DNA of 64,000 nt from an uncultured Candidatus Saccharibacteria bacterium (GTDB taxonomy: Bacteria > Patescibacteriota > Minisyncoccia > Phycocordibacterales > UBA9973): contig CAZQAW010000002.1 of NCBI GenBank assembly GCA_964591445.1, positions 67,394-131,393 on the forward strand, in the 5' to 3' direction. Below the pieces are notes generated by a model. It was not told the origin of the DNA and did no database searches. It saw nothing but the letters and a program-made list of their open reading frames with translations. Shown piece after piece: positions 26,008 to 35,474 of this stretch (the stretch's first letter is position 1; each line of letters starts with the position of its first letter). Both the position numbers and the translations under genes were made by a program.

Positions 26008-26119
26008 ATCTCCCTCTCCTAAAGTAGGAGAGGGTCGACCGAAGGTTCGGGGTGAGGTATTGGATTATACACATACCTCATCCGGCCTAAAGGCCACCTT
26101 CTCCTACCTCAGGAGAAGG
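26008..26119. repeat. family-A palindromic interspersed element, full copy (copy 2, inverted relative to copy 1)
   Basis: Exact reverse complement of 11207..11318 over 112 bp (checked base by base). Confidence 0.85.
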
Positions 26120-26125
26120 GGTACC

Positions 26126-26155
26126 AAAAAAGCCGCGCGGTAGCGCGGCTTTTTT
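26126..26155. terminator. bidirectional rho-independent terminator
   Basis: AAAAAGCCGCGCGGTAGCGCGGCTTTTTT. Confidence 0.65.
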
Positions 26156-26162
26156 GAGGTTC

Positions 26163-26465
26163 CTATTCCTCCAAAGAATTCAAATCTGTTTCATTCAAGT
26201 CTTTGTCGATCGAGTCCAAATCGTCGGAATTTGATTGCGAACTTTGGTCGATTGTCGTTGTCGAGTTGATGTTGAGCTGTGAACCACTTTCGTTTGGCAT
26301 TTCGCTTACGTTCATTTCTTCGTTCATCATTTGTGTTTCATGCGGTCGGTTGTACATATAGATGCCACCGATGATAAGCAAAATGACTACAATAATAGAA
26401 CCCACAAGTGCACCCGAACCCTTTTTGTTTCCAGTATTCACAGAACTCATATTGTTGTTTTCCAT
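26163..26465 (-). CDS. small membrane-anchored acidic protein
   Basis: 100 aa; one TM helix (GALVGSIIVVILLIIGGIYMY) then a Ser/Asp/Asn-rich tail. Confidence 0.4.
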   Translation of the reverse strand: MENNNMSSVNTGNKKGSGALVGSIIVVILLIIGGIYMYNRPHETQMMNEEMNVSEMPNESGSQLNINSTTTIDQSSQSNSDDLDSIDKDLNETDLNSLEE

Positions 26466-26488
26466 GTGGCTTTATATATAAATAATAA

Positions 26489-27130
26489 TTATTGAACCGT
26501 TGTTGTTGAGTTTGCGTTTGTTGAAGTTGTTGCACCTGCATTTCGAAGCTCTTTCACTGCTTTCACAATGTTGTCAAAAGCGCTTTTAAGTTCTTCTTTT
26601 TCTTTTTTCATCCAGTCTTTAAGTTGAGTTTTTTCTGCGTCAGTAAGTTCTACTGTGCTATTTGCGCGAGTATCCATAAATGCTTTTACTTGTGCGTGAA
26701 TTGTTTTTGCGTCAGCAATGTCTACTTTTGCGTTTGCGATAAATGTTTCTGAAGCGCCGACAGATTTGCCTTCAGTCTTCATCTTCGCGATGCGAGACTC
26801 GACTCGAACAATAATTTTCTCAAGGCGTTCAACGGCAACGTCGAACTTTTTGTGAGCCATCATCTTTATGCGCATATATTCGCCAAGGTGCAAACCGCGA
26901 TTGTCTTTGTCTCCGCGAAGTACGTCGTCTGTACCAAAACGCATTTTTGCTTCGGCTTCTGCGCGGTCATGTTCGGAATCCATTCCGCGATCTTTATTTC
27001 CAAAAAGGTTTATTTTTACCCCACCACGAACTTCGCCTTCGCTGCCGCGTCCGCTTTCAGCATGAGCGTTTATGCTTGCAAACGGAGACATAAGCATCGC
27101 ACATATTGCAACAATAATGTATTTTTTCAT
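26489..27130 (-). CDS. secreted hypothetical protein (helical, Lys/Glu-rich)
   Basis: Signal peptide MKKYIIVAICAMLMSPFASINAHA; no catalytic motif. Confidence 0.5.
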   Translation of the reverse strand: MKKYIIVAICAMLMSPFASINAHAESGRGSEGEVRGGVKINLFGNKDRGMDSEHDRAEAEAKMRFGTDDVLRGDKDNRGLHLGEYMRIKMMAHKKFDVAVERLEKIIVRVESRIAKMKTEGKSVGASETFIANAKVDIADAKTIHAQVKAFMDTRANSTVELTDAEKTQLKDWMKKEKEELKSAFDNIVKAVKELRNAGATTSTNANSTTTVQ

Positions 27131-27202
27131 AACTATATCTAAATTAATTTGCTAATTGCTAACAAGAACTCTTACACTAGTATATAACGTTTTCGCTCTT
27201 TT

Positions 27203-27250
27203 GCCTGTGACTTGCCAAAAACCCTCTCCTGGCTAGGAGAGGGTTAGGGT
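27203..27250 (-). terminator. terminator of ppa built from a family-A-like palindrome
   Basis: AACCCTCTCCTGGCTAGGAGAGGGTT hairpin with a T-run on the minus strand; resembles the CCCTCTCCTAC..TAGGAGAGGG end of family A. Confidence 0.5.
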
Positions 27251-27260
27251 GAGGTTGAGT

Positions 27261-27848
27261 TTATTCAGCTACTTTTGGAGCATAGTCTTTCTGATATCGC
27301 TCCATGCATTCTTTGACTATGTGCATCGCTTCTTCTGGATCAAGGAATTCTCCAACTGCGCCAGTACCTGGTTTTTTGAGTGCTTTGTAATTTTCCCAAT
27401 AGTATTTTGTTTCTTTTACAAAGTATTCGCCAAGGTCTGTGTAGCTTTTAATATGGTCAGAGCGTTTGTCGCTTGCGAGGACCGCAATTATTTTGTCGTC
27501 AACTTCGCCGCCGTCAACGAACTTCATCGCGCCAATGATGCGGATTTCTGCAACACATCCTGGCACCAAGGGCTCGGTAATGTTTACAATTTCAACATCA
27601 AGCGGGTCGCCATCCAAATCCCAAGTCTGTGGAATTGCTCCGTATGTAAATGGATACGCAAGAGAAGAGTATCCAACACGGTCGAGCTTGAGCTGTCCGC
27701 TTTCGGTAATAAGTTCGTATTTATTGATCGAGCCTGCAGAAACTTCGACAATAGTGTTAGCGATTTTTCCCGCCTCGTCGACAACTGCCGGTAAAACATG
27801 CAAAAGGTTGAGCATGTATTTTGAAGGTTTGTGATTGATGTTTGCCAT
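27261..27848 (-). CDS. ppa: inorganic pyrophosphatase (family I)
   Basis: 195 aa from MANINHK; EVSAGSINKYE...DGDPLDV...DDKIIAVL motifs of soluble PPase. Confidence 0.9.
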   Translation of the reverse strand: MANINHKPSKYMLNLLHVLPAVVDEAGKIANTIVEVSAGSINKYELITESGQLKLDRVGYSSLAYPFTYGAIPQTWDLDGDPLDVEIVNITEPLVPGCVAEIRIIGAMKFVDGGEVDDKIIAVLASDKRSDHIKSYTDLGEYFVKETKYYWENYKALKKPGTGAVGEFLDPEEAMHIVKECMERYQKDYAPKVAE

Positions 27849-27956
27849 AGTGCTTTTATAGTAGCAGAAATGGTGCAAAATTGCATCTTTGCCTATGTTT
27901 CACAAAGAAGCGCGACACGTTAGTGTCGCGCTTCTTCTTTTTCGTAATGTGATTTC

Positions 27957-29264
27957 TTACTGTGCTTCCTCACTATCAAGCACATTTGGATCAGCATCTT
28001 TTTCTTCAGTTGCTTCCGCTTCGGGCACTGTGTCGATCATTTCATCCACGATTTCTTCTGTTTCAATATTCTCGTCTTCATCTTTCAAATCTGAAAGTTT
28101 CATAAATCCTTCGTCACTGTCGACACCGTCGCCGTCTCCAACAACTTCTTCACCTTTCACGCCTTTGATATCGATTCTCCAACCTGTAAGCTTTGCAGCA
28201 AGTCGAACGTTCTGTCCGCCTTTGCCGATTGCAAGAGATAGTTGGTCGTCTGCAACATCGATAGAAGCTTTGCGTTCGTCTTCATTGATTTCAATGTCCA
28301 ACACTTTCGCTGGAGAAAGAGAATTCGCTACGAATGTAAGCACGTTTTCAGACCAAGGAATGATGTCGATCTTTTCTCCGCCAAGTTCGCTCATGACTGT
28401 TGTTACGCGAACGCCTTTTTGTCCGACGCATGCACCGACAGGGTCGATGTGTTCATCGTTGCTCATCACCGCGATCTTGCTTCGGCTTCCTGCTTCGCGA
28501 GCGATGGATTTGATTTCGACAACTCCGTTGGCAATTTCCGGGGCTTCCATTGCAAAGAGTTTTTCAATAAGCTTTGGATGGCTGCGAGAAAGTCGCAAGT
28601 TTACTCCGCGAGGAGATTCTTCGACAGCGTAGAGATACGCCTTGATGCGGTCGCCTCGGCGATAGTGTTCGCCCGGGATCTGTTCTTCAAATGGAATCAC
28701 GCCTGTCGCTCGGTTGAAGTCGACGTACACCATACCGCGTTCGATTTTAGAAACCATACCGTTGATGATTTCGCCTTCTTTGTTTCCGTATTCATCGATA
28801 ATGCTTCCGCGTTCTGCTTCTCGGATGCGCTGGATGATCACTTGCTTTGCAGTTTGCGCTGCAATGCGTCCGTAGTCGTCTTTGCCTTCAAGAGGGAAGA
28901 CCATTTCGTCTTCGATCTCGGCATCCTTTTTCATTTTCTTCGCGTCTTCGAGCAAGATGTGATGTTCCGGGTTGAAGCGAACTCGTTCGTCGCCCTCAAT
29001 TTCTTCTGGCATGTCATTTTCGTCTTCGCCTTCAACTGGTATGCGAGTTGTCGTTTCGTCTACTACGATTTTCACTTGGTAGAAATCTGTCTTGCCTGTT
29101 TCAACGTCGAACTTCGCGCGGATGATCTGGCCTTTCTTTCCATAATCTTTCTTGTACGCGGCAGCAAGCGCTTGTTCGATCGCTTCAATAATTTTTTCTT
29201 TTGGAATCCGTCGCTCTTCTTCGAGTTGTTGAAGTGCGGAATTCATTGTTTTGAGGTCTAACAT
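27957..29264 (-). CDS. nusA: transcription termination/antitermination factor NusA
   Basis: N-terminal domain, S1 (GEIINGMVSKIERGMVYVDF), two KH domains (IDPVGACVGQKGVRV; AIGKGGQNVRLAAKLTGW), acidic C-terminal tail. Confidence 0.85.
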   Translation of the reverse strand: MLDLKTMNSALQQLEEERRIPKEKIIEAIEQALAAAYKKDYGKKGQIIRAKFDVETGKTDFYQVKIVVDETTTRIPVEGEDENDMPEEIEGDERVRFNPEHHILLEDAKKMKKDAEIEDEMVFPLEGKDDYGRIAAQTAKQVIIQRIREAERGSIIDEYGNKEGEIINGMVSKIERGMVYVDFNRATGVIPFEEQIPGEHYRRGDRIKAYLYAVEESPRGVNLRLSRSHPKLIEKLFAMEAPEIANGVVEIKSIAREAGSRSKIAVMSNDEHIDPVGACVGQKGVRVTTVMSELGGEKIDIIPWSENVLTFVANSLSPAKVLDIEINEDERKASIDVADDQLSLAIGKGGQNVRLAAKLTGWRIDIKGVKGEEVVGDGDGVDSDEGFMKLSDLKDEDENIETEEIVDEMIDTVPEAEATEEKDADPNVLDSEEAQ

Positions 29265-29449
29265 ATATTTAATTTTTTTAACCCCACTTCACTTACGTTT
29301 CGCGGGGCAAGCTTTTAATAAAAACGTCCGGGTTTCGTGACCGGACTTGTACTTTATGTATACCAAAAATGGTTCTCTTTGTCAAAAAGTATATTTATCC
29401 ACAAGAATTTTCTTAACGTCAACAACAAAGGTGATACTATATATAGTAT

Positions 29450-29752
29450 ATGGAACCGATTCCTTCCCAACCTCACGCATCGCGACGTCTTTTTATTTCG
29501 CTTATCGCGCTTATTGTTGTGGTTTTGATTGGGCTGTACCTTCATCGCGAACATGTCGTAGATGTTCCGTCGTTTCTTGATCGCGACACTACTCTTTCTG
29601 AAGAAGAACAAAAGGGAATTGTAAATATGAACGCATCGGGTCAAGCAAGTGAAGCGCAACTTTCTGCTCAGCAGAAAGCTATTACTTCAACACAGAAATC
29701 TTCTGGAAAACAAGGCATCTCCCTCGAAGAGCAGCAAAGTATTTTCAAATAA
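29450..29752 (+). CDS. small membrane protein
   Basis: 100 aa, one TM helix (LFISLIALIVVVLIGLYL); its stop abuts the next gene. Confidence 0.4.
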   Translation: MEPIPSQPHASRRLFISLIALIVVVLIGLYLHREHVVDVPSFLDRDTTLSEEEQKGIVNMNASGQASEAQLSAQQKAITSTQKSSGKQGISLEEQQSIFK

Positions 29753-29753
29753 T

Positions 29754-31541
29754 ATGTTCCGCCACTTCTTTCACTTCAATATGAATCTCAAAAGAGCGCT
29801 CGCTCCGCTCGCGCTCTTCCTCATTGTCGGCATCTCATCCGTCGTTTTTCCCATGATGGCAAAAGGCGCGCCGGTTCCTCCGACTGCTCAGCAGTCTCTT
29901 GTCGGCTACGCACTTACAAATACGTATGGACTCATCAGTTTTAGTGGGCCTTCGCACGGTGTTTTTGTCGACGCATTGGGCAATCTTACAGGATACGCTT
30001 GGAGTGAAAACGTTGGTTGGCTCAAATTTGGCGGACTTTCCGGTTTCCCTACGACAGACCCGACGGTAACAAGCGCCAACGCAAAGATCGTTACGAGCGG
30101 CGGAGTAAGATACTTGAAAGGCTGGGCGCGATTTTGCTCGCCAGTTGCCGGATTGCCAAGCTGTATTCCGGGAGAAAACTATTCTATGAATGGTGGATGG
30201 ACTGGCTGGGTGTCTTTTGATGGATCAAACCGCACTATTTCTATTTCAAACACAGAAACTCCTGCCGGCTCTGACAAATATCCACTTTCTGGCTATGGCT
30301 GGGGTGCAGATATGGTAAGTATCAATGGCCTTCCTGAACCGCAGACTGTTTCTGGCACGCCTCCTACTATATATAATATGCGTCCCGGTGTGGGCTGGGT
30401 AGATATGTCTGGTGTTGCGCTTGTTGACGATGTTGTAGTAGAAGAAGAGCTCACTCCAAAACTTTATATTTCTGCTTCACCAAACCCAACTTCAAGCGGA
30501 GATACGAACCTCACATACTACACAGACCCTGGTTCAAGCTTCCAAACTTGCGCGGGCGGTTTGGCGGTAGACAATATTACGGGTACTTCACAAAGTGTTG
30601 CTGGTTGGACAGGCCCACTTCTGACGCTTGGCGGATCGACCATCACTCGCACGGTGTTAAACGTAAACGTGCCATATGACGAAACAGTCTTTGCCGTTTC
30701 GTGTTACCATGCAGCGACAACTACTACAGTTACAACAACTATTTTAGTAGAAAAACTTCCACTTGCTCTTACTCCAAAAATCGATTTGTGTTTAGTAGAT
30801 CCAACTACTGGCTTGAATGCTTCTGGTTGTGGCGCTGGTACTGTAAACGTTACTCAGAACTACGCTTCAACTGCAACTATCGCGCAGCTTATTTGGAAAT
30901 CTGTAACGCCGGGTGTGACTTACACAAGTTGTGCCGGTGTCGGCGGAATGGCTTCCGACTGGGATCGTGTTAACCAAACTCCGGTGCCGGGCACAAGCTA
31001 TTCTCCTGTCAGATCTCGACTCATGCATCCAACTCAAGCAACAACTGTGTACCAACTCAAATGTACTGACGCAGACACTGGTTTGCCTGTTGTCTCAAAC
31101 ACAGCAACTGCGTTCCGTGTGCCAGACGTTCTTGATCCACAAGTCGATCTCAAAGTAGATATCGCTGGCGACTCTATTCCAAGCTTCTCTGACGGACCAC
31201 TCATCTTCTCTACAACTTCTGGTGGAAGTGTTGACCTCATGTGGGAAACACAAGACATCACCAGCCCTTACTGCCAAGTGACTTCAACGCAAGTATACGA
31301 AGATCCGGTTACAGGAACACAAACTAATGTACAAGGCGCATGGCCGCTTCACAATGTTTCCTCAGCATCATTCTCGACCGAAAGTGTAAGCATTTCTTCA
31401 ACAACAACATTCCGTATCGACTGTCCGGATCCAACTGGAGTTTCTCGAAGTGTTTCTGACTTGGCAAAAGTTCGCGTGCCAGGTACGTTAGACCCAGCTG
31501 ATCCTGCCGGTCCGAAGAAGCCAAAGTTTATTGAAATATAA
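29754..31541 (+). CDS. large secreted protein carrying a GYAWSENVGWLKF repeat motif
   Basis: 595 aa from MFRHFF (ATG 29754); signal/TM LAPLALFLIVGISSVVFPMMA; the motif is shared with the 50827..52785 protein. Confidence 0.6.
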   Translation: MFRHFFHFNMNLKRALAPLALFLIVGISSVVFPMMAKGAPVPPTAQQSLVGYALTNTYGLISFSGPSHGVFVDALGNLTGYAWSENVGWLKFGGLSGFPTTDPTVTSANAKIVTSGGVRYLKGWARFCSPVAGLPSCIPGENYSMNGGWTGWVSFDGSNRTISISNTETPAGSDKYPLSGYGWGADMVSINGLPEPQTVSGTPPTIYNMRPGVGWVDMSGVALVDDVVVEEELTPKLYISASPNPTSSGDTNLTYYTDPGSSFQTCAGGLAVDNITGTSQSVAGWTGPLLTLGGSTITRTVLNVNVPYDETVFAVSCYHAATTTTVTTTILVEKLPLALTPKIDLCLVDPTTGLNASGCGAGTVNVTQNYASTATIAQLIWKSVTPGVTYTSCAGVGGMASDWDRVNQTPVPGTSYSPVRSRLMHPTQATTVYQLKCTDADTGLPVVSNTATAFRVPDVLDPQVDLKVDIAGDSIPSFSDGPLIFSTTSGGSVDLMWETQDITSPYCQVTSTQVYEDPVTGTQTNVQGAWPLHNVSSASFSTESVSISSTTTFRIDCPDPTGVSRSVSDLAKVRVPGTLDPADPAGPKKPKFIEI

Positions 31542-31628
31542 GTTGTGCACTCGCGGTTTATACAAAGTGTCGTATACTTATAGTATTGAAATCCATTAGC
31601 AATTATCAATTTTATTTTTGTAAGTAGT

Positions 31629-33032
31629 ATGAAAAAACAATTCGTCACATATGCAAAGATGTTCATAGTCGCAGTCGCCATTTTTTCTGGCGTGGGTTAC
31701 ATCTCTGCGCAAACTCCTCCGCCATGTTCAAGCCCGAGCGCTTGTAACGTTGCAGCTCCGGTAAATATTGGCACGACTGGCCAGATCAAAAATGGCAGTT
31801 TCGGAGTCGGTGGTGCATCGAGCAGTTTCTTTGTTTCGTTCTTCAAGTCATACTTGATGGGCGAAACGTGGGTAGGTCATGATGGAAGTATTATCAGCGC
31901 TGCAGGTTTTGCTGCGCCGGGAACACTTAAGGTGTATGGTGGTGCAAATAAATACGGCATCTTTGATGGAGCCTATGCAAAATTCGGTGATGTAAACAAT
32001 GGCAAATATCTCGAACTTGGTTACGACGGAGCGCATTCGACTATCGATGGCAAGCATTCAAATTCGGGCGACCGTGGACTTCTTCTCAATTATTATTCTG
32101 GTGGCAATGTTGGCATCGGTGGTGGGCCTGGTGGAAACAGTAACCTTACTGTTTCTGGTGATGCAACTATTTCTGAAAATGCTTACATACAAAACGGCAA
32201 ACTTGCTATAGGTAACAACGGAGGACAAGTTGAACGTTTGCAAGTTACCGGAGGTGCGAGAATTGACTCCGGATATGTTGTCGGAAACCTTGATGTTGGA
32301 AATGAACTTACTGTTGATGTTGATATCCGTGTATCAAGCAAGGGAGGTTCAGGCAATGCATACGCATGTTTTGATGCCAGCGGAAATCTATTTCGTTCAG
32401 ATACTCCATGTATCACCGCTCCACCACCTGCAACGGGTACCGCGACATTCTCTACTCCTGGAACTTCAAACTGGACAGTACCAGCCGGCGTAACTTCTAT
32501 CACAGTTAAGATTTGGGGCGCTGGCGGAGGCGGAGCTTCAGGTTCTTTTTTTGGTCCAGGAGTTGATGGTACAGATGGCGGTAATTCTGAATTCAAAAAT
32601 GGCGGCACTACAGTATTGTTTGCCGGTGGAGGTGAAAAAGGTATATCTATGTCAACTTACCCTGGTAATGGAAATTCACGTGGGGGTGATGGAGGAACCG
32701 CTTGGGGAGGTACAATAAATAATACGGGAAGTGATGGTGGCGAGACTTGTTCTTTTGTGCCGTCTCAAACTACGGGGGGTGTTCCAAGTCCTTCTGCGCC
32801 GGTTGCTGGTAAGGGTGTAGGTGGAGGTGGTAATTGTGGTTCAGGTGGAGCTGGAAACAACAAAGGACCTGGTGCGGGTGGAGGTGGCGGTTATTCTCAA
32901 GGAACATTTACTGTAGTTCCTGGTGGAGCTTATACTCTTGTTATTGGTGGTGCTGGTCTTGGTGGAGATGTTTTTGGAAGCCAAGATGATGGTTATCCTG
33001 GTGGTGCTGGTTACGCAACGATTTCTTACTAA
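31629..33032 (+). CDS. secreted glycine-rich beta-helix-like protein
   Basis: Signal peptide; long Gly-rich repeats (GGGPGGNSNLTVSGDATIS..., GGGGASGSFFGPGVDGTDGGN...) typical of fibre/beta-helical surface proteins. Confidence 0.55.
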   Translation: MKKQFVTYAKMFIVAVAIFSGVGYISAQTPPPCSSPSACNVAAPVNIGTTGQIKNGSFGVGGASSSFFVSFFKSYLMGETWVGHDGSIISAAGFAAPGTLKVYGGANKYGIFDGAYAKFGDVNNGKYLELGYDGAHSTIDGKHSNSGDRGLLLNYYSGGNVGIGGGPGGNSNLTVSGDATISENAYIQNGKLAIGNNGGQVERLQVTGGARIDSGYVVGNLDVGNELTVDVDIRVSSKGGSGNAYACFDASGNLFRSDTPCITAPPPATGTATFSTPGTSNWTVPAGVTSITVKIWGAGGGGASGSFFGPGVDGTDGGNSEFKNGGTTVLFAGGGEKGISMSTYPGNGNSRGGDGGTAWGGTINNTGSDGGETCSFVPSQTTGGVPSPSAPVAGKGVGGGGNCGSGGAGNNKGPGAGGGGGYSQGTFTVVPGGAYTLVIGGAGLGGDVFGSQDDGYPGGAGYATISY

Positions 33033-33052
33033 TACTAAAAAATATACAGCAC

Positions 33053-33080
33053 AAAAAATCAGCCTTCGGGCTGATTTTTT
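33053..33080 (+). terminator. rho-independent terminator
   Basis: AAAATCAGCCTTCGGGCTGATTTTTT. Confidence 0.65.
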
Positions 33081-33114
33081 GTGCTTGGTCTTTCTGCCGT
33101 GCTACAATGCTCGT

Positions 33115-33867
33115 ATGAAAACACTCATCATTGGTAACTGGAAGGCGAACCCTGCGCATTTCAAACAAGCAGAAGAACTTTTCAAGAATGCAAAAAAAGT
33201 TGGAAGCAAACTTCGCAACGTCGAAGTCGCGCTTGCAGCGCCGGCAGTATTTCTTTCCGGATTGAAATCGTACAAAGCTATGCTCGCTGCACAAGATGTT
33301 TCGACAGTTGGAGAAGGCCCGCACACCGGTGAAGTTACCAGCGCAATGCTTCGAGATATCGGAGTACAATACGTCATCGTTGGACATTCAGAGAGACGCG
33401 CGGCAGGCGAAACAAACGAAATCGTTTCAATAAAAATAAAAAATGCTTGGAAAGCGCACCTTACTCCTGTGGTATGTGTCGGAGAAATGGAACGCGATGC
33501 GTTTGGAAAGTTTTGGAACGCTTTGCGAGAACAGATCGAGAGCACATTTGCTGGTGCGCAGAAGTCTTGGTTGAAAGATATCATTGTTGCGTACGAGCCC
33601 GTGTGGGCGCTTTCGACAACTGCAAATCGCCACGATGTTACAAGTGCGGAAGTTCACGAAGCCACTATTTTTATCCGCAAAGTATTGGCAGACATGTTCG
33701 GACAAAAAGAAAGCATGAGTGTGAGAATCATTTACGGTGGATCAGTGAATAGTAAAAACGCAGAAGACATTTTAAAAAACGGAAATGTGACAGGTCTTCT
33801 TCCTGGCAAAGCAAGTTTGAATGCAAAAGAATTTGCACGCATACTTACTATAGCGAACACAAAATAG
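33115..33867 (+). CDS. tpiA: triosephosphate isomerase
   Basis: MKTLIIGNWKANP...VIVGHSERR...AYEPVWA...IIYGGSV. Start at ATG 33115, not the ORF-track 32923. Confidence 0.9.
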   Translation: MKTLIIGNWKANPAHFKQAEELFKNAKKVGSKLRNVEVALAAPAVFLSGLKSYKAMLAAQDVSTVGEGPHTGEVTSAMLRDIGVQYVIVGHSERRAAGETNEIVSIKIKNAWKAHLTPVVCVGEMERDAFGKFWNALREQIESTFAGAQKSWLKDIIVAYEPVWALSTTANRHDVTSAEVHEATIFIRKVLADMFGQKESMSVRIIYGGSVNSKNAEDILKNGNVTGLLPGKASLNAKEFARILTIANTK

Positions 33868-33868
33868 T

Positions 33869-34996
33869 ATGAACTACCCAACTCTCAAAGAACTCAAAAA
33901 CTTGAAAGGTACACGCGTCATTGTCCGAGTAGATTTCAATGTTCCGCTTGATGCAAAAGGAAAAATCGAAGACACGTTTCGGATCGATTCTGCGCTTCCG
34001 ACTTTGGAATACTTGCGAAATAAAGGCGCGCGGATTATTCTTGTTTCACATATCGGCAAAGATGGCGCGACCAGTTTGAAAGTTGTGCACGCATATTTGA
34101 ATAAGAAATTCCCGCTCGCATTCTCAAAAGATGTGGTTGGCTCTGAAGTAGAAAAGCAAGTCTACGCAATGAAAGCTGGCGATGCGATTTTGCTTGAAAA
34201 TGTTCGTAAAGAAGTTGGAGAAATGGGAAATTCAAAAATCTTTGCGCTTGAACTTGCAAAGCTTGGCGAAGCATACGTGAACGAAGCTTTTTCTGTTTCT
34301 CATCGTGCACATGCGAGCTTGGTGCTTGTGCCAAAACTTGTGCCCTCATATATTGGTTTGCAGTGTGAAAAAGAAGTCAAAGAACTTTCTAAAGTGCACG
34401 ACAATGTAAAACACCCTTTTCTTTTTATCTTGGGTGGTGCAAAGTTTGAAACGAAAATGCCGCTTATCAAAACGTTTTTGAAAACTGCCGACACGGTGTT
34501 CGTGGGCGGTGCGCTTGCAAACAACTTTTTGAAACTCGAAGGCTACAATGTCGGTAAAAGTTTGATCGATGAAGACGTGAAAGGCTTAGAAAAAATTGCC
34601 AAGAACAAAAAGCTTCTGCTTCCGGTAGATTTGATAGTTGAAAATGGAAAGACGAAAAAAGAAATCGGTCTTGATGAAGTAAAACATGGCGACATGATAG
34701 TCGATATGGGCAAAGCAAGCGTTGCGCTTTTGGAAACATATATCAAAAAAGCAAAAATGATTGTCTGGAACGGCCCGCTTGGCAAAGGCTCAAACACAAA
34801 AGCAACTTCCGCAATTTTACATTTACTTGCACAAAATAAAGCAACGAGAATTATTGGTGGGGGAGATACGGCAGAGATTATTGATGAACTGAAACTCAAA
34901 GACAAAGTTGGATTTGTTTCAACCGGCGGCGGAGCAGCGATAGATTTCTTGATAGACGAAAAACTTCCTGCGCTTCAAGCCCTCAAAACTAAATAA
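33869..34996 (+). CDS. pgk: phosphoglycerate kinase
   Basis: RVDFNVPLD...ILVSHIGKDG...FILGGAKFETK...GGGDTAEII. Confidence 0.9.
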   Translation: MNYPTLKELKNLKGTRVIVRVDFNVPLDAKGKIEDTFRIDSALPTLEYLRNKGARIILVSHIGKDGATSLKVVHAYLNKKFPLAFSKDVVGSEVEKQVYAMKAGDAILLENVRKEVGEMGNSKIFALELAKLGEAYVNEAFSVSHRAHASLVLVPKLVPSYIGLQCEKEVKELSKVHDNVKHPFLFILGGAKFETKMPLIKTFLKTADTVFVGGALANNFLKLEGYNVGKSLIDEDVKGLEKIAKNKKLLLPVDLIVENGKTKKEIGLDEVKHGDMIVDMGKASVALLETYIKKAKMIVWNGPLGKGSNTKATSAILHLLAQNKATRIIGGGDTAEIIDELKLKDKVGFVSTGGGAAIDFLIDEKLPALQALKTK

Positions 34997-35300
34997 GTGT
35001 TCGCGGGATCAAATGAATATGAAAGTGTGGGACATCTTTGCCTATTACTTTGAGTTCAACGTATTCGCAACCAAGGCGTGATTTCATTTCGAGCATCATG
35101 TGTTTTGCTTGCACAAATATTTTTGCAATGATTTCATCCGGAGCATCTTGCATCCACACGTAAGGATGTTTTGAAATAAGCAGTGTGTGGCCTGGTGCGG
35201 CGGGATGAATATCTAAAAATGCGATCATTTCGTCGTTTTCAAATACGATGTCTGCTGGAATTTCTCTGTCTATAATCTTTTGAAATATTGTTTTCTCCAT
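34989..35300 (-). CDS. HIT family (histidine triad) hydrolase
   Basis: FQKIIDREIPADIVFENDEMIAFLDIHPAAPGHTLLISK...VPHFHIHLIP (HxHxHxx). Confidence 0.8.
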   Translation of the reverse strand: MEKTIFQKIIDREIPADIVFENDEMIAFLDIHPAAPGHTLLISKHPYVWMQDAPDEIIAKIFVQAKHMMLEMKSRLGCEYVELKVIGKDVPHFHIHLIPRTLI

Positions 35301-35322
35301 ATGGGTTCATTATATGGTAAAA

Positions 35323-35471
35323 TAGAAAAAGTGGAAAATATGATTTGAAATGCCTTGCGCAAGGTCGTCTACAGATGTCTGTCTTACCCGACAGACCCGT
35401 CGGGCCGAGCAGAGCAAAAATTCAGCAGAATTTTATGTCGTGCATTTCAAATCATATTTTCCACTTTTTCT
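35323..35471. repeat. 30-bp perfect inverted repeat flanking an 89-nt structured core in the HIT/recJ divergent intergenic region
   Basis: AGAAAAAGTGGAAAATATGATTTGAAATGC (35323..35352) and its exact reverse complement (35442..35471). The core contains the palindrome CCTTGCGCAAGG and the stem GTCTGTC-TTACCC-GACAGAC; the right arm ends 4 nt before the recJ ATG. Confidence 0.65.
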
Positions 35472-35474
35472 TAT

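Noticed and set aside
11207-26119. CRISPR array formed by the recurring palindromic repeats
   Set aside because: The copies are kilobases apart, in both orientations, and of different lengths with no regular repeat-spacer periodicity; no cas genes.
27889-29261. + strand ORFs 27889..28632 and 28242..29261 inside nusA
   Set aside because: Antisense to NusA, which has unambiguous S1 and KH motifs; the products are Ser-rich low-complexity.
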